The position numbers and the translations under genes were made by a program. A DNA stretch of 64,000 nt from Takakia lepidozioides (lineage: Eukaryota > Plantae > Bryophyta). Position 1 is the first letter of the stretch. Each line of letters starts with the position of its first letter. The notes below the pieces were generated by a model, which made no database searches, was not told where the DNA came from, and saw nothing but the letters and a program-made list of their open reading frames with translations. Shown here in pieces: positions 11,601-25,051 of the stretch. The stretch covers positions 95,728,001-95,792,000 of the forward strand of contig CM060731.1 in NCBI GenBank assembly GCA_030704615.1. Direction: 5' to 3'.

Positions 11601-14600
11601 ACAAGAAGACCTCGAGGAGTCAGAGAGTATGACTGGAGAGGAGGACTGGATGAGGAGCAGGAAGCTACCCTATTTGCTGCACACCCAGAGTGGGAGCAGG
11701 TTGCGGAGATGCGGCTGGAAAGCCTAAGTTGTTTAAGAGGTATCTGCTGTGGTGTAGTGTCGGCAACACCAATTGAAGAGGAAACCATTTCTATGAAGAA
11801 AAGGAGGGAGAGATAGAAATCCTAGAAGAACCAGCCACTGTGAGCTTAAAGGATGAAGTGGTGACTGGCTGGACAATCACAGCTGATGAGCAGGTGAGAA
11901 ATGTAAATGTGGGAACTCAGGAGGAACCGAGAATGGTGAAAGTAGGAGCTGATTTGGAGCCGGAATTCTTCGAAGAAGCTAAAAGCTTGTTCATCAAATA
12001 CAGAGATGTATTTGCTTGGAGCTATGAGGATCTAAAAGGGATACCACCTGAAGTCTGTCAGCATAAGATTGAACTGGAACCAGGGTCAGTACCAATCAAG
12101 CAGGCGAGGTATAGAATGAATCCCAACTACGCACAGAAGGTTGGAGAAGAGATAAAGAAGTTGGCTGAGGCTAAGTTTATATACCCAATAGAGTATACAA
12201 CTTGGTTGTCACCCATTGTTATAGTTCCAAAGAAGAATGGCAAGCTAAGAGTATGTGTGAACTATAAGAAGCTGAATGCTTGTACGAAGAAAGATCCTTT
12301 CCCTTTGCCATTCACAGAAGCAGTATTAGACACTGTGGCAGGCCATGAGATGTACTCATTCATGGATGGCTTCAGTGGTTATAATCAAGTGCAAGTGGCA
12401 GAAGAAGACCAAGGGAAAACAGCTTTCATCACAGACTGGGGGGCTTATGCATACAAAGTCATGCCCTTTGGACTTTGTAATGCACCAGCGACCTTTCAGA
12501 GAGTGATAAGTGAATCTTTTCATGAGTATCTGGATGATTTCATGCAGGTATTCTTGGATGATTTCAGTGTGTACAGCTCTAAGAGTGAGCACTTGCATAA
12601 ATTGGAGTTATGTTGGCCAGATGCAGGATGAGAGGTCTGGGCTTGAATCCAGAGAAGTGTACTTTCTGTGTGAACTCAGGGGTACTTCTGGGACACATTG
12701 TGTGTAAGAAGGGACTTCTTGTGGATCCCAGGAAGACAGAGTCCATTAAAGTCTCTCCACCACCAGTGAATGTTAAGAGTTTAAGGAGATTCCTTGGGCA
12801 AACCAGTTATTACAGAAGATTTGTCAAAAGGTATGCACAAATAGCAGCACCATTGAGCAAGCTTCTGAAGAAAGATGCAGTGTTTGCCTGGACAGCTGAA
12901 TGTCAACAGGCATTTGAGGAACTTACACTGTCAGTAACAACTACACTACTGTGCTGATTAACCCTCACTGGCATGTAGTATTTCATGTTCACTGCGATGC
13001 ATCAGGAGAAGCGTTGGGTGCGGTGTTAGCCCAGAATGTTACAGGGAATATAGATTCACCTGTGTACTATGCTAGCCGGTTGATGAACAGTGCTGAGAGG
13101 AACTATAGTACAACGGAAAGAGAAGCATTGGCAATGATTTATGCAGTCAAGAAATTCAGGCATTACCTATTGGGAAGAAAGTTTATGTTTTATGTGGATC
13201 ACCAGGCTCTGATATATCTGGTGAACAAACCTTTGATAAGTGGAAGGATAGCGAGGTGGTTAATAATCTTGCATGAGTTTGAGTTCGAGGTTATTTACAA
13301 GCCTGGCCGTTTGCATCTTGTGGCAGATCATTTGTCACGACTAACAACAGGAGAGGCCGCCACAGGAGTGGACGATCAGTTACCTGATGCGAGTTATTTG
13401 TTTATTGTAATGGAGGTGCAAGGAAGTGCAGATGAATGGTTAGATTGGCAGTGGCCAATCAGATACTACCTTGCTCATGGTCAGTGCCCACCTAGTTATG
13501 GTAAGGAGCAGAGGAAGAGAATTGCTATCAAAGCTTTACCTTATACTATGGTAGGAAGCAGAATGTATAAGTTAGGACCTGATGGAGTACTAAAAACGAT
13601 GCTTGTACCACCATGAAGTAAATAAAGTCTTGGAGGAAGTTCATAAAGGAGTGGCTGGAGGTCATTTTGGAGAAGAGACTACCAGTAGAAAGATACTACT
13701 CGCAGGATACTGGTGGCCTACTTTGTTCAAAGATGTACATGAGTATTGTCAGAAGTGTGATGAAATGTCAGAGGCTAGGACCTTTGCAGAGATCTGGAAG
13801 GATGGCCTTGCATCCTACAATGCCTACGGAACCATTTCAGAAATGGGGACTAGACTTTGTTGGACCAATTAATCCACCATCCAAGAATACACGAAACAGG
13901 TACATAATTACAGCTACAGCCACTGATTATACTACAAAGTGGGTGGAAGCTAAAGCTTTGAGGGACAACACAGCCAAGTCCACAGCAAGGTTCCTGTACG
14001 AGAACATACTTACACACGATTTGGCTGTCCCTTAGAATTTATCAGTGATCAAGGAAGTCACTTCATGAATGAGACCATTGAGTTGTTGACTAAAGAGTTT
14101 ATGATTGTGCATAGAAAGAGTACAACATATTACCCGCAGGGTAATGGGCAGGCAGAGGCTACCAACAAAATACTATGTACTATCTTGGCTAAGATAGTCA
14201 ATGCAAACAGAACGGATTGGGATACAAAGCTGCTGACAGCTTTGTGGTCATACAGGACTTCATATAAAGTCACCACTAAGTATACACCATTCCAATTAGT
14301 TTATGGTATGGAAGCCTTACTTCCAGTGGAATTCCTGTTACCTACCATGAGAACGGAGTGGGGAAAAAGAATGGAATTGCAAGACTCCATCAAGGTCAGG
14401 AAACATGAATTATACCATGTGGAAGAAGTACGTGCTGATGCAGCGCTGATAATATGACCAGAATTCAGATGAAGCGAAAGGAACAGTTTGATGAAGGCAA
14501 GTTAAGACTTTTAAGACGGGGGATTTGGTTCTATGGTTGCAGAAGAAAGGAAAGATTCAAGCTTCTAAGCAAAATCACCGTGGAAAGGACCTTATGTCAT

Positions 14601-14760
14601 ACAAAAGATGTATGATAACACACACCGCCATGTTACAAACCATTAACAAAGAAATGCTGGGAAGAGTCAATGCAAATAAGTTGAAGGTTACAGTGGTATC
14701 CATGACAAACCCCTGCAGCATGATTTGCATGTAGAACCGCAAGAGCAGTCACGGGCTGCA
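8697..14760 (+). pseudogene. gag-pol of element 1 (many frameshifts)
   Basis: Acidic leader, capsid, three CCHC knuckles, protease LIDGGS, RT (MPFGLCNAPATFQR, FLDD), RNase H (CDAS, YSTTEREAL) and integrase (HHCC, WGLDFVG, GQAEATN). Confidence 0.92.
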
Positions 14761-15529
14761 CCAGTGTTACGAACGGAGTATGGAACACTTGTTGCTAGGC
14801 CCAGCATATCGCCAGGGTGGGCAAACAAACGTGACACAAGCCTATCACAGCCCCCAAGGCGCAACACAGCACAGCCTATCACAGCCCATCACAGACGACG
14901 TGACACAGCCAAGCCACCACACAGCCCATCACGACGTGACACAGCCAACCACAGCCCATCACGACGTGACACAGCCCACACAAGCCCGTCACGCGCACAG
15001 CCCACCACAGCCCAGCAGGCGCAACACAACTAAACAACATACCACAGCGTGTCACAGCCTATCACAGCTTACCACAGTGCATCACATCACAGCCTATCAC
15101 AGGTAACACAGTATGACCAGCCTGTCACAGCTCAACACACAGCCTACTAAAGTTACACCATCCATAGAATCAGTGACAAGTGGACACATAATAACTTCAG
15201 GAAAATGGATGACGGAAGAGGAAACGGAAATTACTTTAAAAATAGACACGTGGAGGTCAGGGCGCGACACACAGCACAATGAAGTGCAAGGACAGGTGTC
15301 AAAAAGAAAGAAGACAAGAACGGCCGTCAAAAAAGGGATGAAAGGCGGGCCCATTAATGAATACGGAAAAAGGGAAACGGAACGAACGGCAAGTACAGAA
15401 AAGCCGAATTCATGTCACATGTGTGATCCTAGTGGACTATCCAACAGGGAAAGTCCACTAAAGAAGATAAAAGTTAAAATCCAGTCACAGCAGATACAGC
15501 CAATAGAAACCAGAGAATGATCAAGAAAA

Positions 15530-18500
15530 TGGAGGGAAATTGAGCGCAAGAGGCGGCGTCGTTCTGAGTAACGGGCGTCTCGACAGGACAGCCCATAAAT
15601 GCTATAACTTGGAAACTATGGAGGAACTAACAGACTATACGCTCGCAATATTACTTACGCAGTGGCATAGACACGAAACGACAGAGCAGAGCTTTTCTCT
15701 TGAGCAATGCTTGCAAGCCCCGCAGGCTTACAAGAGATTACCCATAGCTTTCTTTCTGCGGCAACCATACGTTTATGCTTTGTGCACTACAGGCATTCCT
15801 GCAGTTGTTACAGCCAAAGCAGTTCTGTGAGTCTAAGATGAAGAGAGTGAGAGGAATGGAGGAAATCAGGGTGAAGAGCACCACAATTCTGCAGAAACAA
15901 ACGATGGCTACCCCACAGGCGATAAAGATACTGAGGAGCTGAGATTGGAAGGATTGCAAAGCCTAGATTGGACACTACACCATAGACAGTACATGTTACA
16001 ATTTTTGCAGAACTTTGAGCCAAGGACAGGAACAACAACGGTGAAGGAGTTGAATTAATGATTACTCCCTATACCTCCAGCAATTGTTTCGATTGCCAGC
16101 AGGTCAGGTGCATGTGGGGAACACAGGGCAAGACTGCAAATAGGGACTTATTCCAAGAAGGGAGTTTCTTTAAAACTCAGGGTTATGCTTGTACCAAAGC
16201 TGTGTACCCAGGGTTAAAAGAGATAGGCCAGGTATTGAACGTTCTGTTTGCCCTGAAACAGAACCAACAATATTTGAGCAGATCCTTCACAGAGAAATAC
16301 TCAAAGGCCTGAAGGGACAAGAGGTACAATGGGCGGACATAATGTACAACGCACTAGTAGAGGAGATGAAAAGATTACAAGGTACTACCGCAAAGTCTCC
16401 TATCATAGTGTCTGGCCCAATCATTGCTCAAATAATCCTTAATTCTGGCATACTTAATGCACAAGAAAGGAAGGAAATGGGAGTGTTTGAGCCAGAGCCA
16501 GAAACAACTGCAATGGAAGAGCAAGGCTCTTCACACAGTGAGGGTGGACTAGCAGCACAACCCGAGACTAAGAGGCAGAGAAGGGGAAAGACTGTAGTGG
16601 CGGATCCACTGGCTTCACGGATTCCGCATGATAATGTTTCCCAAGCTCATGGCCAGGAAGGGGCACAGCAGCACAACAAATGCTATTACTGGAAGCAGAC
16701 CTTCAGAGAGGGAGCAGGAAGTTACTTCTGCATCACAGCCAACACAGCCACTTGAACGACTTGTCACAAGGTCACAAGTTATCCATGCAGCTCAACCCGA
16801 AATAATTGATTTGGAAAGTGAAGGTAGATATTCCAACTACAGAACAGATAGTGGCAGAAATAGAGAAAGGGGACCTTCTCTATGAATATTCTGGTCTGGT
16901 CAAGGAGACAGAAATCCCAGAGGTGCAACAGTTGCCCAAGGGAAATCCTGAGGTGCATATATGCACACACCCTGTGTCGGAGGTACCACAGGCGGAGGTC
17001 ATGACACTGTAGCACCAGTCATAGATGAAGTAGTTCAGGAAGAAAATCCGGTGGGACAATGGCCTGAATGGTTAGTGAGACATCATACTGTTGAAGATCA
17101 GGAGGAGGACAGCAGCACCCTCACCATGATGACCCTCAACAGGCAATGCTGATGAGTTCCATAGGCAGGACACTTAATTTGTTGGGGACTTATGTCAAAT
17201 CCCATGTTCCAATTACCCAATTGACAGCCTTGAAAGAGGAACTCAGGAAGGAGTTTGAGGCTCGACTTGCCACTGAGTGTGCAAACAAGGTCGATGAAGA
17301 GGTCACTCTCAAGATGAGCAGGACTTGGGCAATACAGAAATGGCTTTGCAGTTGGCCAAGCAACAATTGATTGAGGCAGGCCTCGCGCAAGACCAGTTGC
17401 ACGAAGCACATAAGCAACAGCTATATACCAAATGCAGGTGCAGCATGAAAGCAAGTTGCAAGAACTGAATGCACTACATACGGAGTTGCAGACAGTGCAT
17501 AACAGGATGGCGATACAATGTGCTACATTTACAACTATGCTTGACCAATCAACAAAAAATAAACAGTCAAGCGGAAAATGTACGAAGGCAGAAGAAGAGA
17601 ATGTTGAGCAAATGAAGCTCATTGTCGATATGAAGAATACAATCTGTCGCAATGAAGATACTTTCAAGCAATACAGGCAGAGGGAAGCTGATCAAGAGAA
17701 AACACATCGTGGAGTTGCAACCAACCATCGTGGCCAATAGAAATGAAATCGCGGTCAGTAACAAGGCTTCGAAGGAAGCCAATAATCTACTTGCTGCCTA
17801 TGCGCAATTGGTTGAGCCACAGGCAAGCGCATGGAGGCTTTACAACAGCAGTTGGAATTGTACAAGCTAAGAGAGGAGCAAACTCTCAGGGGAACCCACA
17901 AGCAGCTTGGTGGATAACAGCCTTATGCAGGTCTGGTTAGCACAAGGGCCAGTAGAGGGCAAAGCCCACGGAAGCTCACCCAAAGCGAGATGAATGAGCT
18001 CAGACTGCAGGTGCAGAACATTGCCACAAACTACTATAGACAATGTCTATAGTAGGATAGCAGAGTTACAAGAGGATTGTAGACGGACTCCAGACTCAAG
18101 TGGAAGACCTCACTTCAAACATCGACCAAAGAGTCTATATCCCTCAGGAACAGCTAATGGCTTCTTATTTGCAAGCCAGAACTCTGGCTTTTCAGTCTTC
18201 ACAGGAGGTGCAGGAGATGCCAATGATACAGGAGCCAGTACCACCACCACCAACAAACAGGTCAGTGTACCAGTAGCTGACCTGTGGTTACTACACCCAC
18301 AACCAAAACCCGCCACCCACCAGCAGCCGAGGTATGGGGCAATGCCGTTTTAACCCACCTAAAACTCCAGCTGCAAGGGAGTACAGCCGGGCTATGCTTA
18401 TGCCCTTCAACCAAATTCCCATCATGTTGATTTGGCTGGAAAGAATTTAGTCCTCGCGCAGTCATTCGCACATTACTACCAAATCATGCGTATTTGGCTG

Positions 18501-19396
18501 CCAGTGGCAACTAGGACTAAAGTTCTTCCAAACAATCGACATATTGAAGATCATCACTTTGCACAATACTGGCACGAGGCAGGTACCATGTTGAGGGAAT
18601 TGGTTGCTTTCCAGGTTGTACATGGACTCATTATACCAAGACCAAGGAGATAGCAAGTATTGTCATGGGTGCGGGCTATACTACGCTGCTTGTTTTCTGG
18701 TACGTTACCACATTGAGCAACAAAAGATGCAAACACGCTTTCAAAGTTACTCCAGTGGAGATCATTGGGTATTACCTTCGGTGCCACCTCATATGTACCT
18801 ATATGACCCAAAAGTTATGATGCAGAAGGATTCTCAAATTCGTTCATGGTTTCAGCAGCCTTGCAACCAATTGTCAACACAGAAATTCGGACTTGATGAC
18901 ATTTTCTATAAGGGACATGTGGCATGGAAGTACTTGCACACGCGCACCAGTATTGGTACCCACCTCCCCTCATCTGGAAGACAAGGGAGCTCAGTGCCTA
19001 CACCATTTTGCTGTGTTCAGCGTTTACACAAGTTGTAAAATACAAACTTCCCGACATGGTAGGACAGCATTGTATGCCCCAGATGATTCCACAAAAAGTT
19101 CGAAAATTAAACACCTGAGAGGCGAGGAGGATTCTGATACAACTGTTTCTTCACAGAATTCTTTTGACTTGGAGAAGACTATGCATTCAGATGGAAGAGA
19201 AGAAACAAAGGGGATCTCCTATGCCGGAAAGATTACCTCGATATCAGCCTCCAGAAGGGCCTCACTTATCCAGGTAGTGATCAACCATCTCCATCAACCA
19301 GAGACAGACCTCGGCTCGTACACACACAGCCCACCACGAAACTCTCAACGTCAACAAGGTGCTCACTCACAAAGTTTTGCTACTCGGAAACAGTAA
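15530..19396 (+). pseudogene. Large extra 3' ORF of unknown function between pol and PPT (frameshifted)
   Basis: Overlapping sense ORF fragments ending at 19396. Protein motifs match the minus-strand homologue at 21671-24438 (DHWVLPSVPPHMYLYD, KLPDMVG.HCMP, EDSDTTVSS). The start is approximate. Confidence 0.7.
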
Positions 19397-19435
19397 ACCG
19401 TGAGGACACGGCTTTTTGAGGGGGGAAGGGGTAAT

Positions 19436-20529
19436 TGTTAGAGGACTTAGGGGACTTAGACACTTATACGGGATCTGTAGGGTACCCTTAATTTTTGCAC
19501 AGACTGAGACCAACAGGAGCCTTAGGGTGACCAGCAGCGCACTGTAGAGGGGGTTACACAGCCAACACAGCAAAAGCCGTCACAGTCGTCACAGAACCCA
19601 CACAGCCGACACATCAGTCAACATCCACACCGCCGACACAGCAGTCACACGCCCCACACAGCCAACACAACCCGTCACCGTCACAGCCACACACACGCCC
19701 GTCACGTCGTCCACAAAAGCCACACAGCCGTCACACACACACAGCCACACACGCCAACACACCCGCGTCACAGCCCACACAGCCCGTCACGTCGTCACAT
19801 AGCCCACAACAGCCCACAGCCCACCATATCCCGTCACAGTCGTCACGCAGACACAGACCACACAGCCAGTCACACCGCCCGCCGCCAACACAGCCAGTCA
19901 CCGCTTGACACAGCTGTCACGATAATAGGGAACGACTGTGGGGAACAACACCTGTGAAGGGACATGTTAGTTCACAACGACGGTTAGAGAGGGAAACGGT
20001 TAGAACCGCGGATAGGAGGATAAAGGGAAAAACGGGGAAGAGAAGGGAGAGGAAATCATTATTCGGATGGGGACTTCTGATGAGGCTGAGTCTGAGATCG
20101 GAGGCAAAAATGAGAGCAACGGTGAAGGAGGAAAGAGGATTAGTAGATGCTTGATATATGCAAGCGGTAGTGATATTGTAGAGCAGATTAGAGACATAAT
20201 GGCTTCGGCCTGATACCTGATAAATCATAATCTGATACTTACACGATACAATCACACTGTGTAGAGAGATCTGAGTGAAGATGTGGATTGAATGGAAGAG
20301 TGAAGAAAACCGATAGATTGATGAAGTAAACTAATACTTAATTATCAATGGTAAGGTAGCTAAGATGAATGCGGAAAGGGAAACAAATAGGAAACACCCC
20401 ATGATACAATAGATGTAGGTCATGACTGATTGTTCTGCGCGCGCTGAGTACTTAGAGATTTTCCAACTCTCTATCTTGGAGTTTCCGCCTCGGATAGCGA
20501 AGGGATGGGTGAGTAAAAGCCGCGCGACA
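19436..20529 (+). repeat. 3' LTR of element 1
   Basis: Preceded by a purine tract (~19418-19431). Ends CGCGACA followed by TSD CATAT. Confidence 0.95.
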
Positions 20530-20664
20530 CATATTTTTCTAAAGGGTGGTGCAAAGGGTTCTGGTCCCGACCGCCAACAATTATTACATCGGGCGGCAGT
20601 GCGGTCTTCTAATCCTCTGAAGATGGTAGAGGCGGTAAGAAGTTTTGTGTAGGGAACTCCTCTC
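20530..20664 (+). pseudogene. Continuation of the MULE transposase
   Basis: The frame rejoins across the TSD: …SSAFHI|FLKGGAKGSGPDRQQLLHRAAVRS. Confidence 0.7.
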
Positions 20665-23600
20665 TGTTGGGTGGCTTTTCTCACCCATCCCTTCGCTATC
20701 CGAGGTGGAAACTCCAAGATATAAGAGTTGGATATCTCTAAGCACTCAGCCCGCTCAGAACAATCAGTCATGACCTGCATCTAGTGTTGTGCTTCCTATT
20801 TGTATTCCTTCTTGCCTTCATGTTATCAATTTACCTTACGTGTATACTGAAGCATCAGATTGCTTCAGTATCTATTAGGTTCCAGTTAATCATGCATTCA
20901 TTCCACAGCTTCACTTATGTCTCTCTACACAGTGTGATTGTATCGAATAAGTATCAGATTATGATTTATCAGGTATCAGGCCAATGCCATGGTGACTCTA
21001 ATCTGCCCTACAACATCACTACAGCTTTGCATGTACAAGCATCTACTGTTCATCTCTCCTCCTCTCCGTGCTCTCGTTCTTGCTCTCCGCCTGATCTCCT
21101 CTCAGCCATGACCAAGCAGCGCTCCCGTTGCAGTGCCCCCTTCCTGTTGCCGCTCCCCTTAATCTAACCCCAAGCTGTTCTAACCACCTAACTAATTAAC
21201 CGTCACCCCTGAAGTAACGCGTTCCCCTGCAGATGTCGTTCCCACACAGTCGTTCCCTGTCAATGATAATTGTTCCCATGTACTGTGACAGGCTGTGTCA
21301 AGCTGTGCCGAGCTGTGACTGGTTGTGTAAAGCTGTGTCGGGCTGTGACTGGTGGTGTCAGGCTGTGTCGGGCTGTGCGAAGCTGTGGCAGCTGTGACTG
21401 GCTGTGACGGACTGTGGAAAGCTGTGCAAAGCTGTGCGCGGCTGTGAACTGGCTGTGACGGGTGGTTGTGACGGCTGTGGGGGCTGTGGTAAAGCTATGT
21501 CGGGCTCTGTAAACCCCCCAAAGCCTGCTGCTGCCACCCCTAAGGCTCCTGTTGGTCTCAGTCTGCGCAAAAATTAAGGGTACCCCACAGAACCCAAAAA
21601 AGCGTCTAAGTCCCAAGCAGCCCTCTAACATTACCCCTCCCCCTCTAAAAAAAAAACGTGTCCTCACGGTTTACTGTTTGGGATTAGCAAACCTTTGTGA
21701 GCAAGCACCACTTTGACGGTGAGAGTCGCGTGAAGGACTCCGTGTACGAGCACGAGTCCTGTCACTGGCAAATGGAGATGATTGAGCACTACCTAGAAAT
21801 GTCTGACCATCCTTTGGCTGATAACGAGGTAACCTCTCAGGCATAGGAGATCCCCGTCGTTTCTTCTCTACCATCTGAAGTGTATAGTCCTCTGCCATGT
21901 CAAAAGAGTCCGCGGAAGAAACAGTAGTATCAGAATCCTCGTCCCCCTTTAGGTGTTTTAACGGCCAAACTTTTAGTGGAATCCTGTGTGGCATACAATG
22001 TGGTCCCACCATGTCTGGAAGTTTAAACTGTACAACTTGCTGTAAGCGTTTGCAAGCAAAATTAGTGAACGTCCTGAACTCTTTATCTGTATAGGTAAGA
22101 GGTGTGTGCCAATGACTTTGGAACAAGTTGTAAGTATTTCGAGGCTTCATGTCCTTAAAGAAAAATATCTCAGGGCCAAATTTTGTGTTGTCAAACTGTT
22201 CCAAGCCGAATGAAAACATGTACAAAGTTGGGAATCCTTCTGCATCATAACTTTTGCATCATATAGGTACATATGAGGTGGCACTGAAGGTAAGACCCAA
22301 TGATCCCACTGGAATAACTCAGAAAGCGGGATTGCATCCTTGCTGCTCAATGTGATAACGTGCCAGAAAACAAGCAGCATAGTATAATCCACAGCCCATG
22401 ACAATACTTGATACCTCCTTGGTCTTGGTATAAATGTACCCATGTACAACTTGGAAGACAATTAATTCCTTAAGCATGGTACCTGCTTCAGACAGTACCT
22501 CGCAAAATGATGATCCTCAATGGGCGATTGTTCGGAAGAACCCTAGTCCGAGTTACCACCGGCAACCAAATGCGCATGATCTGGTAGTAATGTGCCAAGG
22601 ACTACGGAGGACTAAATTCCTTCCAAGCCAAATCCAACACAATGGGAATTTGGTTGAAGGGCATAATCATAGCCCGAATGTACTCCCGTGCAGCAGGAGT
22701 CTTAGGGGGGTTAAAAGCAGCATCCACCCATATCTCAGTTTGTGGTGTGGCTGTAGTAACAACAGGGTCAGCTACCTGCACAGCCACCTGCTGTGGTATT
22801 GGTACCACTGGCCCTTCTACCACTGGCATCTCCTGTACGGTTATCTCTTGCACCCCCTGCGAAGAAGATTGAAAACATAGAGACCTGGCATGTAAATAAG
22901 TAGCCATGAGCTGCTCCTCAGGAACAAAGACTCTCTTGTCAATATTGAACTCAGGTCATCCACTTGAGTCTGCAGACCGTCCACGTCCTCCTGTAGCTCT
23001 GCTATTCTACTATAGACATTGTCTATAATAGTTGTAGCAATGTTCTGCACCTGCAATCTGAGCTCATTCATCTCGCCCTGGGTGAGCTTTCGTGGTGCTT
23101 TGCCTTCTACCGGCCCTTGTGCTAACCAGACCTGCATAAGGTGGTTATCCACCAAGTCGTATGTGGCACCCCTAAGAGTTTGCTCCTCCGTGAGTCTGTA
23201 CACATCTATCTGTTGCTGTAAAGCCTCCATGCGCTTTGCATGAGGTTCAACCAGGACTCGCATAGGCAGCAGCCAGATTATTGGCTTCCTTCCAAGCCTT
23301 GTTAGCCACAGAGAGTTCATTTTATTGACCATGGATGTTTGTTGCAAACTCCGGATGTACCTCTCCTGGTCAGCCTCAACCTGTCTATATTGTTTGAAAG
23401 TATTCTCATTGCGACAGATTGTATTCTTCGTATCAACAAGGGTTTTTTTTGCTCTATTAATCTCAGCTTCTGCCCCTATAACATCTCTTCCCCTTGTCTG
23501 TTAACTTCTAATGCAGTTTGCTCAAGAGTAGTTGTGAGGGTAGCACATTGTATAGTCATCTTCTCATGTACTGCCTTCAACTCTGTATGTAGTACATGTC

Positions 23601-24438
23601 ACTTCTTGCAACTTGCCCTCATGCATTTGCATTGGGTATTAACTGTTGCTTATGTGCTTCATGCAACTGGTCCTGCTCGAGGCCTGCTTCAATTAAATGT
23701 CCCTTGGCCAACTGCAAAGCAGCCCTTGTGTCCTCCAACTCCTGCTGTAACTTGAGATTGACTCTCATCTACTTGTTAGCACATTCCATAGCAATTCGAA
23801 GCCTCAAACTCTTTCCTGAGTCTTCCCTCAAAGCTGCCAATGGGGTAGATGGAACATGGGAATTCAAATAAGTGCCAACAAATTTAAGTGTCCTGCTTAT
23901 GGAAACTCATAAGATGGTCTGCTGAGGGTCATCATGGTGAACTGCTGTGTTCTCCTAATCCTCCACAATGTGATGCCTCAACCAACATTCAGGCCATTTG
24001 TCCCACCAGATTCTATTCCTGAACCACCTCATCCTTCACCGATGTTGCAGTGTCCTTATTTTCTACCCCTGGTACCTCTGTCACAGGTGTGGGTATTACA
24101 TGCACAACAGGGTTTTCCCTGGACAAGCATTGCACCTCTGGAACAAACTGATTCCCTTACCAAGCCAGAGTTTTCATAGAGAAGGTCACCCTTCTCAATT
24201 CGGCCACGACCTACTCGGTAGTGGGAATGTCAAAGACTTTATCCGTCCAGAGCAATTGGGGGTTGTGTCCACAACATACTCTAACTGTGGAACCTCTAAA
24301 AAACAACTGAGTCCATGGTTGTGGTGGGCTGTGGTATCGAAGTGGGACTTCCTCTTTCTCTCTAAGGGGGCCGTGCTTCCAATAATTAACAGTCTCTGGG
24401 CTGTTTGCCCCATCTTGCACAAGAGCTGGAAACTATTA
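20665..24438 (-). mobile_element. 3' part of a related gypsy element (element 2): 3' LTR 20665-21630, PPT and extra 3' ORF; runs into the gap
   Basis: Reverse-complement similarity to element 1's LTR (TGTTAGAGGG…CCCAACA), PPT at 21631-21646, and ORF fragments homologous to element 1's 3' ORF. Confidence 0.9.
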
Positions 24439-24938
24439 NNNNNNNNNNNNNNNNNNNNNNNNNNNNNNNNNNNNNNNNNNNNNNNNNNNNNNNNNNNNNN
24501 NNNNNNNNNNNNNNNNNNNNNNNNNNNNNNNNNNNNNNNNNNNNNNNNNNNNNNNNNNNNNNNNNNNNNNNNNNNNNNNNNNNNNNNNNNNNNNNNNNNN
24601 NNNNNNNNNNNNNNNNNNNNNNNNNNNNNNNNNNNNNNNNNNNNNNNNNNNNNNNNNNNNNNNNNNNNNNNNNNNNNNNNNNNNNNNNNNNNNNNNNNNN
24701 NNNNNNNNNNNNNNNNNNNNNNNNNNNNNNNNNNNNNNNNNNNNNNNNNNNNNNNNNNNNNNNNNNNNNNNNNNNNNNNNNNNNNNNNNNNNNNNNNNNN
24801 NNNNNNNNNNNNNNNNNNNNNNNNNNNNNNNNNNNNNNNNNNNNNNNNNNNNNNNNNNNNNNNNNNNNNNNNNNNNNNNNNNNNNNNNNNNNNNNNNNNN
24901 NNNNNNNNNNNNNNNNNNNNNNNNNNNNNNNNNNNNNN
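24439..24938. other. Assembly gap (500 N)
   Basis: Run of N. Confidence 1.
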
Positions 24939-25051
24939 ATGAATGGTCCAGTTTGCTTATGAGAGAGGTGAAACGATAGTTAGAAAGTGTGTTTCATTCA
25001 AAGTGAGATCTCTTTAGAGTTTTCAGATAGACATAAACGATAACCTTGAAA

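Larger units (their letters stand above)
7058..20529 (+). mobile_element. Full-length Ty3/gypsy LTR retrotransposon, non-chromovirus (Athila/Phygy-like), element 1
   Basis: LTRs 7058-8087 and 19436-20529 (TG…CA), 5-bp TSD CATAT (7053-7057 / 20530-20534), PBS, PPT, and gag-PR-RT-RH-INT order with no chromodomain. Confidence 0.95.

Noticed and set aside
19436-19920. Old age of element 1 inferred from LTR divergence and its many frameshifts
   Set aside because: The differences are mostly scattered single-base indels clustered in repeats, typical of unpolished long-read error, so they are unreliable for dating or for calling the element dead.
23998-24962. Long ORFs spanning the N gap
   Set aside because: Artefact of translating N bases.
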